Shown here in pieces: positions 9,417 to 19,439 of a stretch of 64,000 nucleotides of DNA (the first letter of the stretch is position 1; each line of letters opens with the position of its first letter). The DNA comes from a virus: IMG/VR virus record IMGVR_UViG_3300007790_000207; one strand, given 5' to 3'. A model generated the notes under the pieces. It did not search any database and was not told the origin of the DNA. It was given only the letters and a program-made list of their open reading frames with translations. The position numbers were made by a program, and so were the translations under genes.

Positions 9417-10103
9417 GTGGACCCCGAAGACGTCTTCCAGGCCAAGACGGTGTCGAGCGGGAAGTTGAAGATCGTCCCGCTCGACGAGAACGGTCAGCCG
9501 GACTACTCGAAGGCGACGGACCTCTCCACCACCATCTCGGGCGTCTCCCTCGACCCCGCGCCGCACATCGGGGCCTGGGCTCCTCCTCCCATGAAGGTGA
9601 CGTGGTCGGCCCCGGCGTCGCCGAAGCCGCAGTGGGTGAAGGACCTCCTCTCCCCCGGCTACAGCACCTACCCGCACAGCGGCGTCGACTACTACCCGCC
9701 CCAGCAGAAGAAGATGCGCTACACCGTCAAGCAGATGTTGAAGCACACCCAAGAGGGCGCGTATGGTCCGGTGAAGGCCGTCCAGCAGGTCGACATGGCG
9801 ATCTTCCCGGTCGAGGCTCATCAGGATCAGGACCTTCGCCTCACGGTCGACGCGGAGAAGGTCATGGAGCCGGAGATCGTCGAGTACGATCAGGAGGATG
9901 TGGAGACGCTCGCGCGGGCCCTCTACGGCTCGGACGGTCCGGTCGAGGTCGCCCTCATGAAGAACTTCCTCGACACCCCGGCCTTCCGGGAGTTCGTCCT
10001 GAAGCGCCAGTACCGCATCCTCGACTGGTTGTGGGATCAGTTCAAGATCCGCATCCACTGGCGCACCAAGTCCCCGTACCACTCCTCCAACCTGCACTTC
10101 TAA
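9417..10103 (+). CDS. Hypothetical protein
   Basis: Phage codon usage, operon position. Confidence 0.65.
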   Translation: MDPEDVFQAKTVSSGKLKIVPLDENGQPDYSKATDLSTTISGVSLDPAPHIGAWAPPPMKVTWSAPASPKPQWVKDLLSPGYSTYPHSGVDYYPPQQKKMRYTVKQMLKHTQEGAYGPVKAVQQVDMAIFPVEAHQDQDLRLTVDAEKVMEPEIVEYDQEDVETLARALYGSDGPVEVALMKNFLDTPAFREFVLKRQYRILDWLWDQFKIRIHWRTKSPYHSSNLHF

Positions 10104-10112
10104 GGAGCCACC

Positions 10113-10706
10113 ATGCACGAGTCCCCTAAGATCATCGGCTTCACCGGTCAGAAGAACTCCGGCAAGAACGCCGCGGCCGATTTCGCCGCAGAGGTCCTCC
10201 AAGGCCACACCATGCTGGAGGCCTTCGCCGACCCGATCAAGGAGTACGCCTACGACCTCGACCCGCTCATCTTCATGCACGGGCACGAGCCGATCTTCCT
10301 CGGCGCGGCCGTCGACGAGATGGGTTGGGAGAAGGCTAAGGAGGTCTACCCGCAGGTCCGTCGGACGCTCCAGCGGCTCGGCACCGAGGTCTTCCGCAAG
10401 CACGTCAGCCCGGAGTACTGGATCGAGCACATGGACAAGCGCATCAACCATGCGCTCAACAACAGCCACAACGTCATCGTGACCGACATCCGCTTCCCGG
10501 ACGAGGCTCGCATCGTGAGGGCCTGGGGCGGCACCGTCATCCGCATCGACCGCCCTGGGCTCCCCGACGACGGGCCCGCGAAGCACGTCTCCGAGACCGG
10601 CATCCGGGACATCCCTGTCGATTGGGTCATCCTCAACGACGGCTCGCTCGACGACCTCCGCTATCGCACCAAGCACGCGCTCCTGGTCCACGGTCTCGTC
10701 CGATGA
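10113..10706 (+). CDS. Deoxynucleoside monophosphate kinase
   Basis: IIGFTGQKNSGK P-loop, FADPIK, RRTLQRLGTE, IVTDIRFPDE. Confidence 0.88.
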   Translation: MHESPKIIGFTGQKNSGKNAAADFAAEVLQGHTMLEAFADPIKEYAYDLDPLIFMHGHEPIFLGAAVDEMGWEKAKEVYPQVRRTLQRLGTEVFRKHVSPEYWIEHMDKRINHALNNSHNVIVTDIRFPDEARIVRAWGGTVIRIDRPGLPDDGPAKHVSETGIRDIPVDWVILNDGSLDDLRYRTKHALLVHGLVR

Positions 10707-10897
10707 GCGACGACGTCGACCCGATCATCAAGTGGTTCGTCGAGGATGTCCACTACCCCTTCGACGTCACCTTCTCTGCTCCGCCGCCCCTCGACCACCG
10801 GGCGCTCGCCAAGTACTGGAACACCTACGACAACTGGGAGATCACCGATGATGAAGCCTATGCCGTTGTCCTTGCGGAGACGGGACTGGACGCCTAG
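10703..10897 (+). CDS. Hypothetical protein
   Basis: ATGA coupling with the upstream gene. Confidence 0.55.
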   Translation: MSDDVDPIIKWFVEDVHYPFDVTFSAPPPLDHRALAKYWNTYDNWEITDDEAYAVVLAETGLDA

Positions 10898-11105
10898 CGA
10901 GGTCGTCTGGGTCCGCGACGACGCGACCCAGCGCCACCTCCTCGTCGACGAGACGGGGGACGTCCACGCCTTCATCACCGACGAGTTGGTCGCCCACATC
11001 CCCCCGGACATCCGAGAAGGCCGCCTGGCCGAACGGATGACGCAGATGGAGGCTCGCGTGCGGAACATGCTGGAGAGCAAGGCCCTGAGGATGAAGCGTG
11101 GCTGA
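10848..11105 (+). CDS. Hypothetical protein (start uncertain)
   Basis: 3' part has phage codon usage; fills the gap before the clamp-loader gene. Confidence 0.4.
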   Translation: MMKPMPLSLRRRDWTPSEVVWVRDDATQRHLLVDETGDVHAFITDELVAHIPPDIREGRLAERMTQMEARVRNMLESKALRMKRG

Positions 11106-11934
11106 GAAGGGCCGGTGGGGCACCTCTCCGGTGCGCGGCCACGACGACAAGTGGAACCTCCTCATGGAGAAGGAGGCTCCCTCGCGGATGCACTTCCTCG
11201 GGCCTGAGGGCGTCGGCCGGAAGAAGTTCGCGAAGGATTGGCACCTGACGAACAACGGCGGCACCGCCGATCAGGAGTACGCCTACGACCCCACGCCGAC
11301 GCCGAGCACGGTGGCCGCTCTCCGGCAGTTCGCCATGCTCCCGCCGAAGAACCGCTTCCGCACCGCCGTCATCGAGTTGGCAGATCACGTCCCGAGCGGG
11401 ACCACTTCTGCCATCAAGGCGCTCCTCGACGACGAGACCCCGGCGAAGATCATCCTCATCTCCGAGCACGAACTGCCGGAGGTGCTCGCCTCGCGCGTGG
11501 TGACCTTCCGCTTCGAGCCGCTCAGCGACGACGACATCCGCGCGGTGCTCCGGGACCTCTCGTTCCAGCCCGAGCGCATCGAGCGCGCCCTCCGCGTCGC
11601 CCAGGGCTCCGTCGCCCGAGCGAAGGCCGCACGCGCCTACGTCAGGGACCAGGAGACCGTGCTGAGGTTGCTCGACGGCATCGTGGAGCACGACGTCCGA
11701 GCCATCACGAGCCTCCGGAAGAACTGGACGAGGCACAACACGGCGGCGCTTCGGAAGTGGCTCCAGGAGTCGCTCACGGGCCAGTGGGAGCACTTCCACG
11801 CCAACGACGACCGACCCATCACCCGACCTGCCAAGATGGCTCTCCTGAAGGCCACGTCGAAGCAGAGCCAGGGCCAGTTCGCTGAAGTCCGCCTCACCGC
11901 GGAGGACCTTGCCAGAGGAGGCACGGGAGCATGA
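11098..11934 (+). CDS. Clamp-loader subunit, DNA Pol III delta-prime/gamma-like (degenerate AAA+)
   Basis: HFLGPEGVGRKKFA degenerate P-loop; VLASRVVTFRFEPLS sensor region like HolB/RFC. Confidence 0.7.
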   Translation: MAEKGRWGTSPVRGHDDKWNLLMEKEAPSRMHFLGPEGVGRKKFAKDWHLTNNGGTADQEYAYDPTPTPSTVAALRQFAMLPPKNRFRTAVIELADHVPSGTTSAIKALLDDETPAKIILISEHELPEVLASRVVTFRFEPLSDDDIRAVLRDLSFQPERIERALRVAQGSVARAKAARAYVRDQETVLRLLDGIVEHDVRAITSLRKNWTRHNTAALRKWLQESLTGQWEHFHANDDRPITRPAKMALLKATSKQSQGQFAEVRLTAEDLARGGTGA

Positions 11935-12134
11935 TCGCACCTGAGGAGAAGTACGAGGCCATCGGCGGGCTCATCGACGCCGGGTGGTCCGGCGTGTGCG
12001 CCATCGACCCGAGCCACCGCATCAAGCGGAAGGACCTCGTCACGAAGATCCAGTTGAAGGACAACCCGATCCTGCCGATCTCCGGCGTCGCCTGCAAGTA
12101 CTGCACGCAGATCTTGAAGCGCGCGGAGGACTAG
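11931..12134 (+). CDS. Small Cys/His protein
   Basis: C...H...CxxC pattern; ATGA coupling. Confidence 0.55.
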   Translation: MIAPEEKYEAIGGLIDAGWSGVCAIDPSHRIKRKDLVTKIQLKDNPILPISGVACKYCTQILKRAED

Positions 12135-12135
12135 G

Positions 12136-13125
12136 GTGTCGACCTTCAGCATGTGGCTGACGGCGCACCAGAAGAACCCTCAGCCCAAGCGGGTCATGTG
12201 GGTCTGCGGTGATGCCGAGGTGCTCGTCGAGGACGTGGTCCGTCAGACGGCGGCCGCGCTCGACCTGCGCCCCTGGTCGGACATCCGGCTCGTCATGGGC
12301 GAGGACCCGGAGAGCGCCATCTGGGACGCCGTCATGCAGTATCCCTTGGAGGTCGAGGACCGCCTCATCGTGGTCCACGAGGCTCAGCGCGTGAAGAACT
12401 TTTCTCCGCTGGCGGCCTTCCTCGCGAGCCGCAAGATCAATCCTCGCACCCACCTGGTCTTCGTCGCCAGCACCGCGCGAGCCGAGAAGACGAAGGGCGA
12501 CCGGGAGCAGGGCATCAAGCCCGCCCTCCTGCCGCACATCCAGACCATCCAGGCCAAGGGCAAAGTGGTCGAGTGCAGGAAGTTCACCGACGCCACGGCG
12601 AAGCACGCGATCACCTGGATTCAGGCTCGCGCCGACGTCACGCAGGCGGTCGCCCGGCAGATCCTCGTCCGGACGAACGGCGACCTCAGAGCCATCCGAG
12701 ACCTCTGCGTCAAGGCTTCGGCCCTCGGGGAGACCTCCGTCCTGGCCGTCAACGCTCTGTGCGCCCCTCTGCCGACCGATACGTTCGCGGACGCCCTCAT
12801 GGTGCTCGACCGCAAGACGGCGCTCCAGGCGCTCGCAGGGCTCTCCGACGAGGAGCGCACCGAGGCGCTCTACGACCTCTCCAGCAGGCTCGACACCGCC
12901 CGCAACGTCAACGCCATGCTCTCGGCGCGCAAGTCCAAGACCGAGATTCGCGCCATGCTCGCCGAACGCGGCCAGGGCCACATGGTCGACTACCTGATGG
13001 ACACCGCGAAGTACTACCACGCGAAGCGCGGTCTGGAGGTGCGCCGCATCCTCGACCGAGCGATCCGAGCGCATGAGTCCGGAGCCCGCGGCGGGGTGCT
13101 AGAGTCGGTCATCGCAGTCTGGTGA
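12136..13125 (+). CDS. Clamp-loader subunit, DNA Pol III delta (HolA)-like
   Basis: Opening MWVCGDAEVLVED, RLIVVHEAQ and ILVRTNGDLRAI resemble the HolA architecture. Confidence 0.65.
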   Translation: MSTFSMWLTAHQKNPQPKRVMWVCGDAEVLVEDVVRQTAAALDLRPWSDIRLVMGEDPESAIWDAVMQYPLEVEDRLIVVHEAQRVKNFSPLAAFLASRKINPRTHLVFVASTARAEKTKGDREQGIKPALLPHIQTIQAKGKVVECRKFTDATAKHAITWIQARADVTQAVARQILVRTNGDLRAIRDLCVKASALGETSVLAVNALCAPLPTDTFADALMVLDRKTALQALAGLSDEERTEALYDLSSRLDTARNVNAMLSARKSKTEIRAMLAERGQGHMVDYLMDTAKYYHAKRGLEVRRILDRAIRAHESGARGGVLESVIAVW

Positions 13126-13346
13126 AGGAGACCTGCCTCATGGAATGGCCCATCTTCTGGACTCTGCTCCTCCAGGGAGCGATCCTGCTCATCCCCGCCG
13201 CAGTGGCGGTCTGGCTCCTCGTCTACGTCGCCGCCGGAGCCGTCGCCGCGTTCTACCCCAAGAGCACGCCGGTCGACCTCCGCGTCTCCGAGACCGTCTA
13301 CTCCACCGCCACCCCCGACCCCGAGAGCCGAGGCTTCAGCGCGTGA
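13122..13346 (+). CDS. Small membrane protein
   Basis: Long hydrophobic stretch. Confidence 0.55.
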   Translation: MKETCLMEWPIFWTLLLQGAILLIPAAVAVWLLVYVAAGAVAAFYPKSTPVDLRVSETVYSTATPDPESRGFSA

Positions 13347-15874
13347 CCCAGAACTACGCCGCGATCCGCGAGAACGATGAGTTCGACGCCGTCGTCGACA
13401 TCATCCTGAAGACGGGCCAGCCCTTCGGCTTCGACATCGAATCGGGCTTCGACGGTCCGGCTGACAAGCGGTGGCCGAAGTTGGCGACCGTCCACCAGCA
13501 CCCGCGGTGGAAGTTCGTCGGCGTCTCGTTCGCGGCCGTCACCAACCCCGACGCGGAGAACGTCGCCGACCGCATCGGCTGGGCCCGCTACGTCCCCGTC
13601 AACCACGACGACAAGGGCAACATCGCGGACCCGCTCCGCGCCGCTCGCTCGCTGTGGAGGCTCCTCCGCTCGGGCAGGGGCGTCGCTCACAACCTTCCCT
13701 TCGAGCAACACGGCCTCGCGCGGTGGTTCCGCGAGATGCTCTGGGACGACGAGGTCTACGGCAAGGAGGTCCGGCTCTCGGACGGCTACTACCCGGCGCT
13801 CTCGGACTCCATCGTGGAGATCGCGCTCACCGGCCTCTACCCGCCCGCAGGCATCGCCTTCCACATCGCGAAGGGCCCGACCGGTTACGGTCTGAAGCCC
13901 ATCACGAAGCGAGTCTTCAACCACGACATGACGACCTTCGAGGACCTCTGGGGGCCGGAGGAGAAGAAGGTCCCGCGCGCGTTCAACAACCGCGACTCCT
14001 ACAAGCCGCAGGTCATCGAGTACGCCTGCGAGGACTCCTTCTGGGCGCTCGCGCACCACCTGAAGCACTACCCGATGGTCAAGGACAACATCGCCTTCCA
14101 GGCGGAGATCGCCGTCATCCCGACGCTCTGCCGGATGGAGCGCGAAGGGCTCATCCTCGACTGGAAGACGCTCGTCGAGAAGGCCGAGGAGGCGCGCGAG
14201 TTCAGCGTCCACCTCAACGAGGAGATCCAGGAGGAACTCTCCCAGCGCCTCGGCCGCACCGTCGCCGTCAACCTCAACTCGCCTCAGCAGTTGCAGAAGA
14301 TCCTCTTCGACGAACTCGGCCTGCCGGTCGTCAACCGGAGCAAGAAGACCAACGCGCCGAGCACCGACGCCAAGGCGCTCGCGGCCATCTCCAAGCGCGA
14401 CAAGACGGTCAAGCGCATCCTGGAGTACCGCGAGATGGCGACGCTCCTGAAGTCGTTCCTCGACCGCTACCCCAAGAGCCTCAACTACCTCGACACTGGC
14501 CGCGCGACCCCGAACCACAACCAGTTGGGAGCCATCACCGGCCGGTTCTCGGTCGACGGCGTCTCCTACCAGCAGTGGCCGAAGCCGTACTCCTACGCGC
14601 TGAAGGACAAGAGCAAGACCTTCGAGTTCTCCTTCCGCGACGCGCTCCTCGCACCTCCCGACCACCGCATCATCGGCTACGACTTCTCGCAGGTCGAACT
14701 CCGCATGATCGCCGGGCTCTCGGGTGAGCAGTCGCTCATCGACTCCTTCCTCGCGGGCGAGGACATCCACGTCCGCACCGCGTCGCTGATGCTGAAGAAG
14801 CCCATCGAGCAGATCACGAAGAAGGAGCGCGCCATCGGCAAGACGCTCAACTTCGCGATCATCTACGGCGCGGGTGCGGCGCGCATCGCCAACATGCTCA
14901 CGACGCCCGAGGACCCGATCACGAAGAAGGACGCGCAGGCGATGCTCGACGCCTACCTCAACGCCTTCCCGAAGGTCAAGGAGTGGCTCCAGCGGACCCG
15001 CTACAACGCTCGCGCGACGTGGCCGCACTACGTCTACACCCCGTTCGGCCGCAAGGTCCGCATCTGGGAGTACGAGGCCAACGTCACCGACATGCGCCGC
15101 TACAACAAGGACCTCAGCGTCGCCGAGGCGCAGGACAAGGTCAACGGCACGCTCTCGTCCGGAGACCGCCTGGCGACCAACGCACCCCCGCAGGGCGGCG
15201 CGGCCGACTACATGAAGATCGGCATGGTCCGGGCGCAGAAGGCCATCGACGAGGCCGGACTGGCCGACAAGGTCAAGATGGTCATGACCATCCACGACGC
15301 CCTGGAGTTCTACGTCCACAACTCCGTGTCGACGCAGACCGTCATCGACCTCATCGGTCCGGCGGTCACGTTCGGCGAGGAGACCTTCCCGGAGATCCTG
15401 AAGGGCTACCCGCCCATCAAGGCCGACTGGCACGAGGGCTACACCTGGGGCGGCGTCTTCGAGATCGACCTCGACAGCGAGGGCAAGATCGAGGGCTACT
15501 CCAAGGAGAAGTGGCCGGAGAAGGTGCCGACGTTCGAGGCGGCGCTCGCCTACACGCCCCCGGCCAACCCGACCGAGAAGCCGAAGGAGCAGAGCGTCTC
15601 TCCCCAGGTGGACAAGCCTGTGGAGAAGCCGCGCGCGGCCGCCTACCGCCTCGTGCTCGACGACCGCGTGGAGGGCCCGGACGTCGACCGGCTCCTCTCG
15701 GAGATCGACGGCCTCCCGCGGGCCGACCGAGGCTTCGCCCTCCGGCTCGTCGTCAAGGGGCAGGTCCGGGAGATCCCCGGCACCCTCGATGCTCAGCCGC
15801 TCGTCGACTACCTGAAGCACATCCGCGACGACGTCCCGCACGTCGAGTTCGCCCTCCAGAAGGAGACCGCATGA
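13343..15874 (+). CDS. polA: DNA polymerase, family A, with 3'-5' exonuclease domain
   Basis: GFDIES (ExoI), YACEDS (ExoIII), YDFSQVELR (motif A), KTLNFAIIYG (B), TIHDAL (C); GTG start at a GTGA overlap. Confidence 0.93.
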   Translation: MTQNYAAIRENDEFDAVVDIILKTGQPFGFDIESGFDGPADKRWPKLATVHQHPRWKFVGVSFAAVTNPDAENVADRIGWARYVPVNHDDKGNIADPLRAARSLWRLLRSGRGVAHNLPFEQHGLARWFREMLWDDEVYGKEVRLSDGYYPALSDSIVEIALTGLYPPAGIAFHIAKGPTGYGLKPITKRVFNHDMTTFEDLWGPEEKKVPRAFNNRDSYKPQVIEYACEDSFWALAHHLKHYPMVKDNIAFQAEIAVIPTLCRMEREGLILDWKTLVEKAEEAREFSVHLNEEIQEELSQRLGRTVAVNLNSPQQLQKILFDELGLPVVNRSKKTNAPSTDAKALAAISKRDKTVKRILEYREMATLLKSFLDRYPKSLNYLDTGRATPNHNQLGAITGRFSVDGVSYQQWPKPYSYALKDKSKTFEFSFRDALLAPPDHRIIGYDFSQVELRMIAGLSGEQSLIDSFLAGEDIHVRTASLMLKKPIEQITKKERAIGKTLNFAIIYGAGAARIANMLTTPEDPITKKDAQAMLDAYLNAFPKVKEWLQRTRYNARATWPHYVYTPFGRKVRIWEYEANVTDMRRYNKDLSVAEAQDKVNGTLSSGDRLATNAPPQGGAADYMKIGMVRAQKAIDEAGLADKVKMVMTIHDALEFYVHNSVSTQTVIDLIGPAVTFGEETFPEILKGYPPIKADWHEGYTWGGVFEIDLDSEGKIEGYSKEKWPEKVPTFEAALAYTPPANPTEKPKEQSVSPQVDKPVEKPRAAAYRLVLDDRVEGPDVDRLLSEIDGLPRADRGFALRLVVKGQVREIPGTLDAQPLVDYLKHIRDDVPHVEFALQKETA

Positions 15875-16410
15875 CCACCATCGACGAGTTCGACGTCCCC
15901 CTCTCCAAGGTGGAGGCGTCCGTGGTGGCGTGGGTCACCGAGGCCCTGGAACTCCGCCACGGGCCCGCTGAGGACCCGGAGGGGGCCCTCAACGAGGCCT
16001 TCTCCGACCTCGACGTGCTCAACTCGCGCGAGATCGTCGCGCTCATGTCCCGGCTCCGCCAGCGCGCGGACCGCATCGACTACCTCGCCTCGCTCGCCCT
16101 CCGGGCGAAGGGCCGCGCTCTCCGGGCGCAGGCCGAGGCGAAGTTCGCCGCCGACCAGAAGTACTCGGAGGCGATGTCCAACCGCTCGCTCACGAAGCGC
16201 GAGTTCACGAGCGGGAAGGAGTTGCACGCCAACGCCTCTCTCGACTCCATCGACGACCGCCGCCTCGCTCACAAGGCGGAGCGCCTGGTGAGCGTCACGG
16301 CTGAGGCCTACGACGTCATCAACCAGGCTGGATGGCAGATCCAGCGGATGCGCGATGACCTGAAGGAGATGCTCAGGACCCTCAGGTTCGAGCACTCCCT
16401 CGACCACTAA
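15871..16410 (+). CDS. Hypothetical coiled-coil protein
   Basis: ATGA coupling, phage codon usage. Confidence 0.65.
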   Translation: MTTIDEFDVPLSKVEASVVAWVTEALELRHGPAEDPEGALNEAFSDLDVLNSREIVALMSRLRQRADRIDYLASLALRAKGRALRAQAEAKFAADQKYSEAMSNRSLTKREFTSGKELHANASLDSIDDRRLAHKAERLVSVTAEAYDVINQAGWQIQRMRDDLKEMLRTLRFEHSLDH

Positions 16411-16479
16411 CTGATAGACTCAACCCATACCCCATCGCCTCACTGGCGGGGGTCACATCAGAAGAGAAAGATCACAGCC

Positions 16480-17532
16480 ATGCCTCGCATCGGATTCAAG
16501 ACCGAGAACAAGACCTCGACCAGCGGGCCGCAGATCCCGCGCCTGAAGTTGAAGGCGGGTGAGAAGGCGCGCATCATGATCGGGCTCGAAGACCCCGAGA
16601 TGCAGTTCGTCCACACGCTCCGCAAGCCCGTCGTCGAGGACGGCAAGGCGGTCCTGGAGAAGGACCAGCGTTCCGACGCGATGAAGATCGTCAAGGACTT
16701 CGTCAGCCGTCCCCTCTGCCTCGGCGACTACGAGACCGTCGAGAAGAAGGGCACCGACCCGGAGAACTGCGTCTACTGCGCGCTCGCGAAGGAGAACAAG
16801 GACTTCGCCGAGGCCCCCGAGATGCGCTTCGCGGTGAACGTCTTCAAGTACCGCACCCAGCCCGGCTCGTTCAACGTCGCCAACCCCTTCGGCGGCGAGA
16901 TCGTCGTCTGGTCGTTCCCGCAGTCGAAGTTCAACAAGATCATCGACATCGCCGAGGAGTTCGGCGACCTCCGCAACCACGACCTCATCCTCGGCCCGTG
17001 CGAGAACGAGGGCTGGCAGAAGTTCGACATCAACGCGGCCTCGAAGGCCGTGTGGCGCGAGAGCGACGAGAACAGGAAGTTCCTCGCCCAGTCGTTCAAG
17101 GAGAACCGCATCGAGGACCTCGCGCTCGCGTGCGGTCAGCGCAAGGAGCCGCGCTGGGTCGAGAAGGACATCCAGGACATCCGCGACGCCTGGGCCTCGA
17201 TCACCGGATCGGCGACCGCGAGCCCCGCGAACGACGGCTCCCTCGACACCGACCTCAACTCCCTCATGGAGCAGGGCGCGACGAAGGAGGAGGCCTGGGC
17301 GACGCCGGACGAATTGGCGGCCGCGCTGGAGAACGAACTCCCCACCGCCAAGCCCGCGTCGACGCCGGTCGAGAAGCAGACGGTGGAGGCCGCCGAGCCG
17401 GTCTCCATCGAGGACCTCGCGGCCGACCTCATCGACACCCCGACCGCGGACGCGGCCGAGGAGGGGGACCCGGACGAGGACGGCATGAGCGACCTCGACT
17501 TCGACTCGCTGATGGCGGACCTGGAGAAGTAG
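16480..17532 (+). CDS. Putative single-stranded DNA-binding protein (gp32/gp2.5-like)
   Basis: C...CxxC, very acidic C-terminal tail (DFDSLMADLEK), replication context. Confidence 0.6.
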   Translation: MPRIGFKTENKTSTSGPQIPRLKLKAGEKARIMIGLEDPEMQFVHTLRKPVVEDGKAVLEKDQRSDAMKIVKDFVSRPLCLGDYETVEKKGTDPENCVYCALAKENKDFAEAPEMRFAVNVFKYRTQPGSFNVANPFGGEIVVWSFPQSKFNKIIDIAEEFGDLRNHDLILGPCENEGWQKFDINAASKAVWRESDENRKFLAQSFKENRIEDLALACGQRKEPRWVEKDIQDIRDAWASITGSATASPANDGSLDTDLNSLMEQGATKEEAWATPDELAAALENELPTAKPASTPVEKQTVEAAEPVSIEDLAADLIDTPTADAAEEGDPDEDGMSDLDFDSLMADLEK

Positions 17533-17578
17533 CACGCTGACGGGCGGGGCAGGGTCACACCTCCCCGCCCGTCGTGCT
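17531..17578 (+). terminator. Terminator-like hairpin
   Basis: GACGGGCGGGG / CCCCGCCCGTC inverted repeat. Confidence 0.55.
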
Positions 17579-17588
17579 CCTCACGCAC

Positions 17589-18167
17589 ATGACTGACATC
17601 TACGTCACTGTCGACCTCGCATCCAAGCAGTCCGCTTGGAACGTCCGCACCTCCGGTGGGATGCACATCACGGAGGGCGACTCCCTGGGCCTCTCGGCTG
17701 TCGAGACGGTCCGCCGGATCGTCGGCCTCGTCGGCATCTACAACCCGAAGATCCTCCTCGTCGAGGACCTCCCCTACGGCATCTCCTCGCAGGCGATGAC
17801 GAAGCCGGTGACTCGGCTCCAGGGGATGCTCATGTACGGCGTCTACGAGAGCCAGTGGGCCAGGGAGTTCTACTTCATCAACCCGGCGTCGTGGCAGAAG
17901 TTCTTCCCCGGCGTCGCTCGCGGTCCTGCCGACGAGCGGATCGAATCGGCGCGCATCCACGCGAAGCGCCTCGGCTACGAGCCGCCCGACCTCGTCGCCG
18001 AGCACCTGGCTACCCTCCCCGAGGGGAAGAAGCCCCTGAAGAAGCACACCGCCCCGCTGGCGAAGACGATGACCGACTACATCGACGCCCGCCTCATGCA
18101 GGAGTACATCTCCATGCACGACGGCAACATCGCGGGCCTGAGCGGCGTCCAGCCGCCGAACATCTAG
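17589..18167 (+). CDS. RuvC-like Holliday junction resolvase
   Basis: VTVDLAS, LLVEDLP, INPASWQK and a terminal acidic residue in RNase H/RuvC order; adjacent to recA. Confidence 0.7.
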   Translation: MTDIYVTVDLASKQSAWNVRTSGGMHITEGDSLGLSAVETVRRIVGLVGIYNPKILLVEDLPYGISSQAMTKPVTRLQGMLMYGVYESQWAREFYFINPASWQKFFPGVARGPADERIESARIHAKRLGYEPPDLVAEHLATLPEGKKPLKKHTAPLAKTMTDYIDARLMQEYISMHDGNIAGLSGVQPPNI

Positions 18168-18174
18168 GAGCATC

Positions 18175-19353
18175 GTGGCAAGCAACGACCCTCTGGCCTC
18201 CGTCATCGACAAGGCCATGAAGAAGTACAACATGGTGATCGGCCCGATGTCTGCCGTCGCGCACGACATCAACACGGTCACCACCGGCAACATGGCGCTC
18301 GACGTCGCGATGGGCGACGGCGTCCCGATGGGGCGCTCCCTCGAACTCTTCGGCCCGCCCTCGTGCGGCAAGACGACGATGGCGCTCCAGACCGCGGCCG
18401 AGTACCAGCGCATCATCCTCGCGGGCGGGGACCCGAAGCGAGGCATCGGTCCCGACGACCGCATCGTCTACCTCGACTACGAGCAGGCGATGGACAAGGA
18501 GTACGCCCGGTCCCTCGGCCTCGACACGGACCACGAGACCTTCATCTTCGCTCAGCCCGACTCGCTGGAGGACGGGGCGAACCTCAGCATCGACATGGTG
18601 AAGACGGACCGGGTCCGCCTCTTCGTCTACGACTCGGTGGCGTTCATGACGCCGTCGGCGAAGGCGGAGGCGGAGATCGGCAAGTCGCTCCCCGCGGTGC
18701 AGGCGAAGTTGATGAAGGACTTCCTCATGAACTTCACGCCCCTGCTCTACAAGCACAACGCCACGGCCATCTTCCTGAACCACCAGATGGAGAAGATGGA
18801 GATGGGCGGCTCGCGGCCGGGGATGCCTGCGCCGACCACCACCCCTGGCGGCGTCGCGCTGAAGTTCGCGGCGAGCGTCCGGCTCCAGTTCACGAAGATC
18901 CGGGACTACAAGACCGAGTCCGTCGACCCCATCACGGGCGAGTTGCTCTCGATCCCCCAGTCCTCGGACGTGCGCGTGAAGGTGGTCAAGAACAAGGTCG
19001 CGCCGCCTTTCCGGCAGGCCATCGTCCGGGTCCGCTTCGGTCGGGGCTTCGACGAGTTCGTGACGGCGCTCCTGGCGCTCGTGGCGGCCAAGAAGATCGT
19101 CTACACCGCGGGCTACTTCTACTTCCACCGGCTGGAGGAGGCCGGGCTCGCGCCGGAGTGGATGGAGCGGAAGAAGAGCGGCAACCTCGCGCCCTACATC
19201 CGCAAGGAGGAGAACGTCTACAAGGCGGCCGACGAGCACCCGGAGTGGCGCTCGGCGTTCATCGAGTACGCACGCGAGGTCGTCGCCGAGAACGTCAAGG
19301 CGGGCGGCAAGGCCGTCGAGTCGGATGACGACGCCGAGAGCGACGAGGACTAG
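18175..19353 (+). CDS. recA: RecA recombinase
   Basis: GPPSCGKTT, YLDYEQA, VYDSVA, TTPGGVALKFAAS, VKNKVAPPFRQA. Confidence 0.95.
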   Translation: MASNDPLASVIDKAMKKYNMVIGPMSAVAHDINTVTTGNMALDVAMGDGVPMGRSLELFGPPSCGKTTMALQTAAEYQRIILAGGDPKRGIGPDDRIVYLDYEQAMDKEYARSLGLDTDHETFIFAQPDSLEDGANLSIDMVKTDRVRLFVYDSVAFMTPSAKAEAEIGKSLPAVQAKLMKDFLMNFTPLLYKHNATAIFLNHQMEKMEMGGSRPGMPAPTTTPGGVALKFAASVRLQFTKIRDYKTESVDPITGELLSIPQSSDVRVKVVKNKVAPPFRQAIVRVRFGRGFDEFVTALLALVAAKKIVYTAGYFYFHRLEEAGLAPEWMERKKSGNLAPYIRKEENVYKAADEHPEWRSAFIEYAREVVAENVKAGGKAVESDDDAESDED

Positions 19354-19372
19354 AAGTTCTTGCGAGAGGGTC

Positions 19373-19402
19373 TTGACACTCGTCAAGGCCCTCTTGTACG
19401 CT
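19373..19402 (+). promoter_or_regulatory. Promoter with TTGAC-N4-GTCAA operator
   Basis: TTGACACTCGTCAA 19373-19386; TACGCT 19397-19402. Confidence 0.8.
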
Positions 19403-19439
19403 CGCATCAGGCACCAATCCCCCAACCACAGGAGACACC

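Noticed and set aside
13298-15841. 847-aa minus-strand ORF (and similar long shadow ORFs at 2977-4707, 24155-26197, 38288-40588 and 56150-58033)
   Set aside because: Antisense shadows of real genes caused by high GC3; no motifs or RBS, and composition typical of the complementary frame.
13343-15874. DpoZ / 2-aminoadenine system, or inteins in PolA, DnaB or RecA
   Set aside because: No purZ/datZ in the window; protein lengths and motif continuity leave no room for inteins.
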